64,000 nt of DNA from Balanoglossus misakiensis. Lineage: Eukaryota > Animalia > Hemichordata. The stretch spans positions 2,775,943 through 2,839,942 of the forward strand of contig CM082595.2 in NCBI GenBank assembly GCA_040954595.2, written 5' to 3'. Both the position numbers and the translations under genes were made by a program. Within the stretch, counting starts at the first letter, position 1, and every line of letters starts with the position of its first letter. The notes under the pieces were generated by a model. The model made no database searches. It was not told where the DNA came from and worked only from the letters and a program-made list of their open reading frames with translations. This document shows, in pieces, positions 11,901 to 25,009 of this stretch.

Positions 11901-14900
11901 TTTTGATGATTTTCATGAGCTATAACCCATGATTTTTGTGAAAAATGGCCAAATTTTCAAAATTCCCAAAGTTGAAATATTTTCATTTTTTGATGATTTT
12001 CATGAGCTATAACCCATGATTTTTGTGAAAAATGGCCAAATTTTCAAAATTCCCAAAGTTGAAATATTTTCATTTTTTGATGATTTTCATGAGCTATAAC
12101 CCATGATTTTTGTGAAAAATGGCCAAATTTTCAAAATTCCCAAAGATGAAATATTTTCATTTTTTGATGATTTTCATGAGCTATAACCCATGATTTTTGT
12201 GAAAAATGGCCAAATTTTCAAAATTCCCAAAGTTGAAAATTTTTCATTTTTTGATGATTTTCATGAGCTATAACCCATGATTTTTGTGAAAAATGGCCAA
12301 ATTTTCAAAATTCCCAAAGTTGAAATATTTTCATTTTTTGATGATTTTCATGAGCTATAACCCATGATTTTTGTGAAAAATGGCCAAATTTTCAAAATTC
12401 TCAAAGTTGAAATATTTTCATTTTTTGATGATTTTTGTGAAAAATGGCCAAATTTTCAAAATTCCCAAAGTTGAAATATTTTCATTTTTTGATGATTTTC
12501 ATGAGCTATAACCCATGATTTTTGTGAAAAATGGCCAAATTTTCAAAATTCCCAAAGTTGAAAAATTTTCATTTTTTGATGATTTTCATGAGCTATAACC
12601 CATGATTTTTGTGAAAAATGGCCAAATTTTCAAAATTCCCAAAGTTGAAAAATTTTCATTTTTTGATGATTTTCATGAGCTATAACCCATGATTTTTGTG
12701 AAAAATGGCCAAATTTTCAAAATTCCCAAAGTTGAAATATTTTCAATTTTTGATGATTTTCATGAGCTATAACCCATGATTTTTGTGAAAAATGGCCAAA
12801 TTTTCAAAATTCCCAAAGTTGAAAAATTTTCATTTTTTGATGATTTTCATGAGCTATAACCCATGATTTTTGTGAAAAATGGCCAAATTTTCAAAATTCT
12901 CAAAGTTGAAATATTTTCATTTTTTGAAGATTTTTGTGAAAAATGGCCAAATTTTCAAAATTCCCAAAGTTGAAATATTTTCATTTTTTGATGATTTTCA
13001 TGAGCTATAACCCATGATTTTTGTGAAAAATGGCCAAATTTTCAAAATTCCCAAAGTTGAAAAATTTTCATTTTTTGATGATTTTCATGAGCTATAACCC
13101 ATGATTTTTGTGAAAAATGGCCAAATTTTTAAAATTCCCAAAGTTGAAATATTTTCATTTTTTGATGATTTTCATGAGCTATAACCCATGATTTTTGTGA
13201 AAAATGGCCAAATTTTCAAAATTCCCAAAGTTGAAATATTTTCATTTTTTGATGATTTTCATGAGCTATAACCCATGATTTTTGTGAAAAATGGCCAAAT
13301 TTTCAAAATTCCCAAAGTTGAAAAATTTTCATTTTTTGATGATTTTCATGAGCTATAACCCATGATTTTTGTGAAAAATGGCCAAATTTTCAAAATTCCC
13401 AAAGTTGAAAAATTTTCATTTTTTGATGATTTTCATGAGCTATAACCCATGATTTTTGTGAAAAATGGCTAAATTTTCAAAATTCCCAAAGTTGAAAAAT
13501 TTTCATTTTTTGATGATTTTCATGAGCTATAACCCATGATTTTTGTGAAAAATGGCCAAATTTTCAAAATTCCCAAAGTTGAAAAATTTTCATTTTTTGA
13601 TGATTTTCATGAGCTATAACCCATGATTTTTGTGAAAAATGGCCAAATTTTCAAAATTCCCAAAGTTGAAAATTTTTCATTTTTTGATGATTTTCATGAG
13701 CTATAACCCATGATTTTTGTGAAAAATGGCCAAATTTTCAAAATTCCCAAAGTTGAAATATTTTCATTTTTTGATGATTTTCATGAGCTATAACCCATGA
13801 TTTTTGTGAAAAATGGCCAAATTTTCAAAATTCCCAAAGTTGAACTATTTTCATTTTTTGATGATTTTCATGAGCTATAACCCATGATTTTTGTGAAAAA
13901 TGGCCAAATTTTCAAAATTCCCAAAGTTGAAAAATTTTCATTTTTTGATGATTTTCATGAGCTATAACCCATGATTTTTGTGAAAAATGGCCAAATTTTC
14001 AAAATTCTCAAAGTTGAAATATTTTCATTTTTTGATCATTTTTGTGAAAAATGGCCAAATTTTCAAAATTCCCAAAGTTTAAATATTTTCATTTTTTGAT
14101 GATTTTCATGAGCTATAACCCATGATTTTTGTGAAAAATGGCCAAATTTTCAAAATTCCCAAAGTTGAAAAATTTTCATTTTTTGATGATTTTCATGAGC
14201 TATAACCCATGATTTTTGTGAAAAATGGCTAAATTTTCAAAATTTCCAAAGTTGAAAAATTTTCATTTTTTGATGATTTTCATGAGCTATAACCCATGAT
14301 TTTTGTGAAAAATGGCCAAATTTTCAAAATTCCCAAAGTTGAAATATTTTCATTTTTTGATGATTTTCATGAGCTATAACCCATGATTTTTGTGAAAAAT
14401 GGCCAAATTTTCAAAATTCCCAAAGTTGAAATATTTTCATTTTTTGATGATTTTCATGAGCTATAACCCATGATTTTTGTGAAAAATGGCCAAATTTTCA
14501 AAATTCCCAAAGATGAAATATTTTCATTTTTTGATGATTTTCATGAGCTATAACCCATGATTTTTGTGAAAAATGGCCAAATTTTCAAAATTCCCAAAGT
14601 TGAAAATTTTTCATTTTTTGATGATTTTCATGAGCTATAACCCATGATTTTTGTGAAAAATGGCCAAATTTTCAAAATTCCCAAAGTTGAAATATTTTCA
14701 TTTTTTGATGATTTTCATGAGCTATAACCCATGATTTTTGTGAAAAATGGCCAAATTTTCAAAATTCTCAAAGTTGAAATATTTTCATTTTTTGATGATT
14801 TTTGTGAAAAATGGCCAAATTTTCAAAATTCCCAAAGTTGAAATATTTTCATTTTTTGATGATTTTCATGAGCTATAACCCATGATTTTTGTGAAAAATG

Positions 14901-17900
14901 GCCAAATTTTCAAAATTCCCAAAGTTGAAAAATTTTCATTTTTTGATGATTTTCATGAGCTATAACCCATGATTTTTGTGAAAAATGGCCAAATTTTCAA
15001 AATTCCCAAAGTTGAAAAATTTTCATTTTTTGATGATTTTCATGAGCTATAACCCATGATTTTTGTGAAAAATGGCCAAATTTTCAAAATTCCCAAAGTT
15101 GAAATATTTTCAATTTTTGATGATTTTCATGAGCTATAACCCATGATTTTTGTGAAAAATGGCCAAATTTTCAAAATTCCCAAAGTTGAAAAATTTTCAT
15201 TTTTTGATGATTTTCATGAGCTATAACCCATGATTTTTGTGAAAAATGGCCAAATTTTCAAAATTCTCAAAGTTGAAATATTTTCATTTTTTGAAGATTT
15301 TTGTGAAAAATGGCCAAATTTTCAAAATTCCCAAAGTTGAAATATTTTCATTTTTTGATGATTTTCATGAGCTATAACCCATGATTTTTGTGAAAAATGG
15401 CCAAATTTTCAAAATTCCCAAAGTTGAAAAATTTTCATTTTTTGATGATTTTCATGAGCTATATAACCCATGATTTTTGTGAAAAATGGCCAAATTTTTA
15501 AAATTCCCAAAGTTGAAATATTTTCATTTTTTGATGATTTTCATGAGCTATAACCCATGATTTTTGTGAAAAATGGCCAAATTTTCAAAATTCCCAAAGT
15601 TGAAATATTTTCATTTTTTGATGATTTTCATGAGCTATAACCCATGATTTTTGTGAAAAATGGCCAAATTTTCAAAATTCCCAAAGTTGAAAAATTTTCA
15701 TTTTTTGATGATTTTCATGAGCTATAACCCATGATTTTTGTGAAAAATGGCCAAATTTTCAAAATTCCCAAAGTTGAAAAATTTTCATTTTTTGATGATT
15801 TTCATGAGCTATAACCCATGATTTTTGTGAAAAATGGCCAAATTTTCAAAATTCCCAAAGTTGAAAATTTTTCATTTTTTGATGATTTTCATGAGCTATA
15901 ACCCATGATTTTTGTGAAAAATGGCCAAATTTTCAAAATTCCCAAAGTTGAAATATTTTCATTTTTTGATGATTTTCATGAGCTATAACCCATGATTTTT
16001 GTGAAAAATGGCCAAATTTTCAAAATTCCCAAAGTTGAACTATTTTCATTTTTTGATGATTTTCATGAGCTATAACCCATGATTTTTGTGAAAAATGGCC
16101 AAATTTTCAAAATTCCCAAAGTTGAAAAATTTTCATTTTTTGATGATTTTCATGAGCTATAACCCATGATTTTTGTGAAAAATGGCCAAATTTTCAAAAT
16201 TCTCAAAGTTGAAATATTTTCATTTTTTGATCATTTTTGTGAAAAATGGCCAAATTTTCAAAATTCCCAAAGTTTAAATATTTTCATTTTTTGATGATTT
16301 TCATGAGCTATAACCCATGATTTTTGTGAAAAATGGCCAAATTTTCAAAATTCCCAAAGTTGAAAAATTTTCATTTTTTGATGATTTTCATGAGCTATAA
16401 CCCATGATTTTTGTGAAAAATGGCTAAATTTTCAAAATTCCCAAAGTTGAAAAATTTTCATTTTTTGATGATTTTCATGAGCTATAACCCATGATTTTTG
16501 TGAAAAATGGCCAAATTTTCAAAATTCCCAAAGTTGAAATATTTTCATTTTTTGATGATTTTCATGAGCTATAACCCATGATTTTTGTGAAAAATGGCCA
16601 AATTTTCAAAATTCCCAAAGTTGAAATATTTTCATTTTTTGATGATTTTCATGAGCTATAACCCATGATTTTTGTGAAAAATGGCCAAATTTTCAAAATT
16701 CACAAAGTTGAAAAATTTTCATTTTTTGATGATTTTCATGAGCTATAACCCATGATTTTTGTGAAAAATGGCCAAATTTTCAAAATTCCCAAAGTTGAAA
16801 TATTTTCATTTTTTGATGATTTTCATGAGCTATAACCCATGATTTTTGTGAAAAATGGCCAAATTTTCAAAATTCCCAAAGTTGAAATATTTTCATTTTT
16901 TGATGATTTTCATGAGCTATAACCCATGATTTTTGTGAAAAATGGCCAAATTTTCAAAATTCCCAAAGTTGAAAAATTTTCATTTTTTGATGATTTTCAT
17001 GAGCTATAACCCATGATTTTTGTGAAAAATGGCCAAATTTTCAAAATTCCCAAAGTTGAAATATTTTCATTTTTTGATGATTTTCATGAGCTATAACCCA
17101 TGATTTTTGTGAAAAATGGCCAAATTTTCAAAATTCCCAAAGTTGAAAATTTTTCATTTTTTGATGATTTTCATGAGCTATAACCCATGATTTTTGTGAA
17201 AAATGGCCAAATTTTCAAAATTCCCAAAGTTGAAATATTTTCATTTTTTGATGATTTTCATGAGCTATAACCCATGATTTTTGTGAAAAATGGCCAAATT
17301 TTCAAAATTCCCAAAGTTGAAAAATTTTCATTTTTTGATGATTTTCATGAGCTATAACCCATGATTTTTGTGAAAAATGGCCAAATTTTCAAAATTCTCA
17401 AAGTTGAAATATTTTCATTTTTTGATGATTTTTGTGAAAAATGGCCAAATTTTCAAAATTCCCAAAGTTGAAATATTTTCATTTTTTGATGATTTTCATG
17501 AGCTATAACCCATGATTTTTGTGAAAAATGGCCAAATTTTCAAAATTCCCAAAGTTGAAAAATTTTCATTTTTTGATGATTTTCATGAGCTATAACCCAT
17601 GATTTTTGTGAAAAATGGCCAAATTTTCAAAATTCCCAAAGTTGAAAAATTTTCATTTTTTGATGATTTTCATGAGCTATAACCCATGATTTTTGTGAAA
17701 AATGGCCAAATTTTCAAAATTCCCAAAGTTGAAATATTTTCATTTTTTGATGATTTTCATGAGCTATAACCCATGATTTTTGTGAAAAATGGCCAAATTT
17801 TCAAAATTCCCAAAGTTGAAATATTTTCATTTTTTGATGATTTTCATGAGCTATAACCCATGATTTTTGTGAAAAATGGCCAAATTTTCAAAATTCCCAA

Positions 17901-19049
17901 AGTTGAAAAATTTTCATTTTTTGATGATTTTCATGAGCTATAACCCATGATTTTTGTGAAAAATGGCCAAATTTTCAAAATTCCCAAAGTTGAAAAATTT
18001 TCATTTTTTGATGATTTTCATGAGCTATAACCCATGATTTTTGTGAAAAATGGCCAAATTTTCAAAATTCCCAAAGTTGAAAAATTTTCATTTTTTGATG
18101 ATTTTCATGAGCTATAACCCATGATTTTTGTGAAAAATGGCCAAATTTTCAAAATTCCCAAAGTTGAAAAATTTTCATTTTTTGATGATTTTCATGAGCT
18201 ATAACCCATGATTTTTGTGAAAAATGGCCAAATTTTCAAAATTCCCAAAGTTGAAATATTTTCATTTTTTGATGATTTTCATGAGCTATAACCCATGATT
18301 TTTGTGAAAAATGGCCAAATTTTCAAAATTCCCAAAGTTGAAAATTTTTCATTTTTTGATGATTTTCATGAGCTATAACCCATGATTTTTGTGAAAAATG
18401 GCCAAATTTTCAAAATTCCCAAAGTTGAAATATTTTCATTTTTTGATGATTTTCATGAGCTATAACCCATGATTTTTGTGAAAAATGGCCAAATTTTCAA
18501 AATTCCCAAAGTTGAAATATTTTCATTTTGTGATGATTTTCATGAGCTATAACCCATGATTTTTGTGAAAAATGGCCAAATTTTCAAAATTCCCAAAGTT
18601 GAAATATTTTCATTTTTTGATGATTTTCATGAGCTATAACCCATGATTTTTGTGAAAAATGGCCAAATTTTCAAAATTCCCAAAGTTGAAAAATTTTCAT
18701 TTTTTGATGATTTTCATGAGCTATAACCCATGATTTTTGTGAAAAATGGCCAAATTTTCAAAATTCCCAAAGTTGAAATATTTTCATTTTTTGATGATTT
18801 TCATGAGCTATAACCCATGATTTTTGTGAAAAATGGCCAAATTTTCAAAATTCCCAAAGTTGAAAAATTTTCATTTTTTGATGATTTTCATGAGCTATAA
18901 CCCATGATTTTTGTGAAAAATGGCCAAATTTTCAAAATTCCCAAAGTTGAAAAATTTTCATTTTTTGATGATTTTCATGAGCTATAACCCATGATTTTTG
19001 TGAAAAATGGATAACCCATGATTTTTGTGAAAAACGGCCAAATTTTGAA
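5974..19049. repeat. 13-kb tandem satellite array, 87-bp AT-rich monomer (roughly 150 copies) with a higher-order repeat
   Basis: Consensus GAAATATTTTCATTTTTTGATGATTTTCATGAGCTATAACCCATGATTTTTGTGAAAAATGGCCAAATTTTCAAAATTCCCAAAGTT (starts at 5974, 6061, 6148...). Includes 64-bp deletion monomers; diagnostic variants recur at 2193/2367-bp intervals. Stop codons in all six frames. Confidence 0.99.
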
Positions 19050-20889
19050 GGAGGTATTTATAATTGATGTCATTTTCCCGTTCTATGATTGGTATTACTT
19101 TTTTATAGTACAATTCTTTTACTTACAGAGCAATTGCGCTAATGCATACATCAACAAAGACAAAAAGATACTTACGTACACGTGAGGTTAACATATTTTA
19201 TTGACTTGAATAATAAAATATAAAGCATAACTTGTTACAAGCAACAACAAATATTGTAATTAGTCCACGTCAGTGAATTATTGAACTCTTATAAACTTGA
19301 AATCTTTCGGAAACTTTCTTATAATCAAGACACGAGTTGTCATGCAGAATTTTTTAAATCTATAACTATTACAAAAATCTATAAATATAACCAAATCTAC
19401 AACCAAATAGCAAAATCTATAACTGCAACGGCTATATGGACTTTGATAATCGTGTTCTTTTTTCTTATTCTGTAATGGTATATTATTATATCTGGTTTTT
19501 CACTGTCAAACCGATTCAGATGCTTATATTTTTTCTTTCGCTCTTTTGGTACCAGTTGGCCACCTTCCCATACTTTCTGTATTGAAACCGCAACTTGCAA
19601 TATAGCTGTTATTCTCTTACGTAGGAGGACTGACCGCTGAAATATTGAAGAAAAAACAATTCAAATAAAGTTATGCAGCCATTGTCATCTACTTAGTTTG
19701 CCTGCGAAACATAATCCGGCATTTACTGAATAATTCGTGAAACGGGTTAAGTATTTATAAAATTTGGATGAAACATGTCATTCCCCGCTAGACGACTCTC
19801 ATATAAAATATTAACTATATCCGGAGATACATTAAACCGGTTAAAGCTATACTCGCTACTGTAGTGTTTAAGACGGACCTGAAAAAAAACCTCGTGCTCG
19901 GGACACGTGACCAAAACCCACTTACGCTCAGCCAATTTTGGGATATCAAAAACAGTCATATTTCGACACACATCGTTAATTAGCGGCCATGAAACAGGTA
20001 ATGACAATATCGTTTATTACCCGAAGAAAGTCGTGCCGTATCGCCGAGCCGAATGCTTTGAAATCTCGCATTTCTAAACGTCACTAATGACACTTACAGT
20101 GTATTGTAGAGTACCACGCCCACGATTTCCGTTGTGCATTGTATGGTATGTTCAGTGAGCACAGGAAAGACTTCAGACCGTTTATAACGCAAATGCAACG
20201 ATTGAGCTCGTATAGCGGTATGATATAAAGCTAAACATACAAATGCCACTGATTTCACATTTTTACCATGTCAAACGGGGTCACCTGTCGTAAAATCTGA
20301 GATATCCCGCCTGCATGCACCATAGCACAATGATCTCAACATAGAAATGATAATGCTAGACTATCTTGTATTGACCCACTTTTTTTGTGGTATTTACTTT
20401 CGATTTCCTTTCCTGTTATTTCTGGTCTGTTCTGTTCTGATAAATACGAAGGCGAGAGTTCACTGCTGGTTTCCTCAATATCCAGACTTTTCAAATTTCT
20501 CTGAAAATTGTTTGAAAAGTTTTTTTCTTAGCCCGCAAACCCGTATTACTGCATGAATGCGCCTGAATCGGTGCTAAGTTTTCGTACACACACAGTGACT
20601 CACTCGGCACATACATGTACGTGTAGGCCTAGATGAAAAGTTATGTAAGCCCTGTAGTATACGTACGTCCATGCAGGCAAGAAGACCAACAAGCACTCAG
20701 ACAGCCTTGGGTAAATCACAGAAACGTGCGTCACTACCCAAAGGTATACACGCTTATCCATATGGAGTGCGAAACTCCATCAATTGCGTAACATGGATTC
20801 CTTCGCGGGCAAGGCCGGAAACATTTATATCGGGAAATACGTCACATATCTGCTCAGAATGATTCAGAATTTTCGCATTTATCTTTCAG

Positions 20890-21830
20890 GGAAACAACGA
20901 TAATAAGATGACCTACAAATGAAGTTTCCGACTGCCCGCACGGTCATCGTAGTGTGTCCTTGCAATGGAGGGAGTGCCCCTGTTTTTACCTGTCCAAGGT
21001 GAGTCTACGTGGACATGAAAAACACAGAAGAAAATAAAAGTTGTTGGAAAAAAATATCATGCTGTGTAACTTGTTGAATTAATGTCTTCATAAACGTTTC
21101 TTTTTTCACTCGCAGAGAACGTTTCTCCCAGTTCACATCAGTCACAGCGCCGAACAGTCAATCATCGACAAGTCTTACAGTTCTATGTGTAAATTTTCGT
21201 ACCATGCCACAAGGCCATTTTAGACCACAATAGCGAATGACGCAACTGATAATGACCTAAACCACGGGCTTGTTGTCTCATGCACCTAGCGTGTCTAACT
21301 GTCTCCGAAGGTCTTCCTGTCGCCGTCCTTGCTTTTGTTTTACCTCCACGACACCGTCTCCTGTCTCCACGCCCCTGTCAGTCAGTCTGCCCCGTGCCTG
21401 CCACCCCCTGTTTTAGTCATTGTCACAGTTTTCTGCATTCAAGTCCACGTCAGTTGCATCCACGTACTCGAGCTGTCATTCAACGTGGAGCCCATTACAA
21501 TGAAAGTATTAAGCAAACTTGGCCAAAAAGATGATTCACGAGAACTTCATCTTCATCAAAGATATAAGTACGCGATCGTATTTTGAGAGGAAGTATCTGT
21601 CATCGACATCTAGAACAAACATTAAATTTCTGCTAATTAGTGGCATCCTCTTAATTGTCCCTGTGCGGGAAGAACGATAGTGAACTGACTCACTAAAAAT
21701 ACATTTAGACTGATTAACAGTGATCTGTCTCGTATAGCAAGCTGCGTTGGATGAAGTTTTTCTGAACATGGTCTCTCGTTGGAAGGACCGCGGTTTGGAG
21801 AAACAAAACATGTCTGGGTGAATAAATATT
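20890..21830 (+). ncRNA. Possible spliced lncRNA or small-ORF transcript (exon 20890-20998, 117-bp intron, exon from 21116)
   Basis: Acceptor TTTATCTTTCAG at 20889, donor AAG|GTGAGT at 20999, acceptor TTTCTTTTTTCACTCGCAG at 21115, AATAAA at about 21821. No recognisable protein. Confidence 0.35.
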
Positions 21831-22702
21831 TTGACATTTTTGAACTGTTTCAATTCCCCACTCATATGCTTCTGTGTTTGAAACGGAAAACATGAGGTTA
21901 AATATCTGTGGTACTTTCTGTTACCAAATTGGCAAAATAAGGGTTGATGAAAACACCTTTTAGATCTCCCAGCGCGTTCTAAGCCACTGGAATTTTAACT
22001 GCGAGAAAAACGTGATTCCTTTGAGACAAATATGCATCCTTGTGGGTGTTTGGGGTCTGAACAATTTACACTGTTACATAAACAGACCACTGTTGGTCAA
22101 TCGTCAACCGATACTCTAAAATGTGTAGTGAATATAAAATCTCTCAAAATAGTTCTAAACAATGATGTATCTTCCCGGATATTTGGCGAAGTTTAAAGAA
22201 ACAAACGAAGTGGTGCAAAGTTTGAAGAAAGGGGAAAATCCCGGCCGGGGAAAGAAGGAGAATCGTTTGCCTGATTCCAAAGACTGTCTGTGGTTGTAAG
22301 GTACTTCCAAACTAATTGGTACAAATTCGTAAACACTCTTTAGGATGTGAAGTCTGGAAATTTCTCTCAGGAAACCACAAATGACTTGAGTGGCGAGAGT
22401 TCAACTTGAAAGGCGTCGGAAGCTATCGTAAACATACTAGAAGTTAAATCACGGTCCCTCCATGGGCCGGTCGTGCTTAAATTAGTGTTAAATTACTGTT
22501 TCTGTAGCATCGCCCTGGTCATGCTACATTTGCTGTCGGGATTTGCTGTATGTATATAGGCATGTGGGCACATTATTCCTAGATCATCGACGCCTAGGAA
22601 CAGTTAAGGGCGGCTGACCGACAAATTATATCATTCATCAAGTTTTATTTATGTCTAATGGTGGCACGAAATCGTATTGCAATGTAAAGGAAAGAAAATG
22701 GA

Positions 22703-22705
<3 letters not shown>

Positions 22706-22777
<72 letters not shown>
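22706..22777. repeat. (GA)n microsatellite
   Basis: About 36 perfect GA units. Confidence 0.98.
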
Positions 22778-22779
<2 letters not shown>

Positions 22780-23699
22780 CATCATCAGCGTCCCCGGCTG
22801 ACCCCATGACCTTTGCAGGACACTAAACGTGATTCCCACCCGGACCTGTCGCAAGTCGGTAGCTACGCTGATGTTCTCTGATGATAAAGAAGCTTCCTAG
22901 TGTTTTCTAATCAGATGTTTTCATTAGATTGATCTATAATGTGTGGGAAGTCTAGATATTGTGAAAAGGGAGCCGAAGAACATGTAATATAGTCTCTGCG
23001 AATTTTCCGTCCGCGAACATGGTTAAAAAGTTTTCACTTGCAAGTGCGCCTCCAAGCGATGGTCCCTAGCTGCAAGATGTCGTCTGCTCGTCCCGCCGGA
23101 CTGTGACAATTCCCAGGTTTGTATATAAAGTGACACTGTAATTTACGTAAGAAACCTGTGAACGTCTTCCGGGGAAAGTATTTCGTTCCTGTTGTGTAAG
23201 AGAAGACTTAAACCACATGTCAACGAGACATAAATTGCCCAGGAGGGCCACGTTTGCTTGAGGTCGCCGCGCCGAAAATTGAGTGACTGTGCGTCCTTCT
23301 GGTATATATGGGCCCGTTCTACCAATTCCTCCTGGATGGACACATTTTTACCACATATGATATAAGGTAATGTAGGCTATGGTGTGGAATTTGTTTTCTC
23401 GGGAAAGCGAAGGGTTGGTTGTGGTAATACAGCTCTGGAGAGTAGCCTATTTGTTAATGTACATGCAACCAATAATGGTACACGACGTTGTCTACTTCGA
23501 ACGAAACTGACTCACGTGTCAAACTAAACAAAATTATTGCCATGTGGTCAAAACTTGTAATTTTTCACAAAATTAACCTAACTTTTACCATATTTATTCC
23601 AAGATGTTTGATCAGGACCTGAAGGCAATGGGAAAGTATGTCCATTTGGGAAATAGGGGAAAAATTTGACAGCAGAAATGCAGCGTTCAAACTTGTCTG

Positions 23700-24532
23700 A
23701 CGCCCCCACGAAAATGAATGTCTCAGAGGACTACTATAGCTCCGCCCCTTGCCCTAGGGTTGTGTAGTAGAGAATTAGTGTAAACCCTATAATGTTATCA
23801 ATAGTCACAAACGACACTTCAGTTGAGTACGCCTCTATGCTGAGTGAGCGTCGGTTTACATTGACTTGCAGAATTGGAGAGAATTTGACCCGCGTGGACC
23901 GCCTGAGTGTGCCAGTCGTATGAACAGTGGCAGTCGATACTAGTATTGGTCCCAAGATAGGCCTTTATCACAACCGGTCTTGTAGCCCTATCGTGTCTCC
24001 AGCAACCCCGCTAAGTGTGTACGTGTGATCCACGGGAAGTTTGGGCACCAATCGCTTCCAGATACGCTCATTGAAGCCAGGTATCTTATTTTTCGGAACT
24101 TTGACTGCGAGCGTGTCTGTGAAAACCTTGACTTTGGGATCGGAACCTCACCCGGACAGTCGATAGTGTAAGCCCGAATATTTTTAACTCCAAGTCGACG
24201 TGAAGAACTCGAGAAGCGAGTTGGCCCAGAACTTTGACGCATCGACTATTACTCGCTTGAGCTCGTTGACAATCAGCTGTGTGAAAAGTTGCAACCGGCC
24301 TGAAAAATCGTCCCAGTTTGTGGAGATACCGAAGCCGCCAGACCGCGAATTTCTTGTTTGCGAACTTTGGAGGGAAGTTTGTCTTGAAGACTCGAGCAGA
24401 CCAGGGACTCGAAAATCAACTTTCTCGATTGGCCCACAGTTACGAAAGACTTTCAGTTTCAGACGGACGTCTCAAAGAGGGACCAAACTTTATTTTTTGT
24501 TATAATTTTCGCAATCTTCGTTCAAAATCGCG
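23700..24532 (+). promoter_or_regulatory. CpG-rich promoter and long 5' UTR of the MEGF6-like gene
   Basis: High CpG density; GC box CTCCGCCCC at about 23739; no ATG on the + strand from 23923 to 24532 (about 610 nt) before the start codon. The exact TSS cannot be placed. Confidence 0.6.
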
Positions 24533-24642
24533 ATGTATCTTATACGGAACATGCCTGTCAGGCTGTCGAAACTTTTACTTTTCGTAGTTCTGCATCTAAC
24601 AGTAATCAAAATGGGAAATACTTCGGAACTGAGACCAGGAAT
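24533..24642 (+). CDS. MEGF6: MEGF6-like protein, coding exon 1 (signal peptide): MYLIRNMPVRLSKLLLFVVLHLTVIKMGNTSELRPG(M)
   Basis: ATG at 24533 (alternative in-frame ATG at 24551). Basic-then-hydrophobic N-terminus (RLSKLLLFVVLHLTVI). Ends at AT|GTGAGT donor (phase 2). Splicing to exon 2 gives LRPGMPHVC, matching LQPGMPHVC of human MEGF6 as I recall it. Confidence 0.88.
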
Positions 24643-25009
24643 GTGAGTATTAAAACTAATTGTCTTGATTTTCGTTGAGTTTTTCTCCTCGATTCACTTG
24701 TAAAGTAATTTTCAGTTTGTGTATATTTCATGTATATTTCGGCAGTCACACAGTGATTTGAATGGTGATTAGTAATGCATGTAGCGTTTCAGCGAGGACT
24801 GAAATATTGTTTAGACCAGTGGCATTGTCATTTTGGTCCGGCGTTGTCGACAATAAAACTGGGCGTGAGTGGAAAAGCGATCTCGCCCAAAATAGCGGGC
24901 ACGCCGGTTGTATTTATTTGCGTTGCCGAGGTGTAACATGAGGTAATTGTGTAAAAATAAAAGGGCCCGTGTTTTCTTTTCCGATTTTCGCTCATCGTTT
25001 GAATTGCAG

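Noticed and set aside
5974-19049. Array as a CRISPR array or a coding repeat (87 bp = 29 codons; ORF 5879-6160)
   Set aside because: There are no unique spacers and no cas genes, and the context is eukaryotic. The consensus monomer has stops in all six frames. The short ORF exists only because the first two monomers carry a variant removing one TGA.
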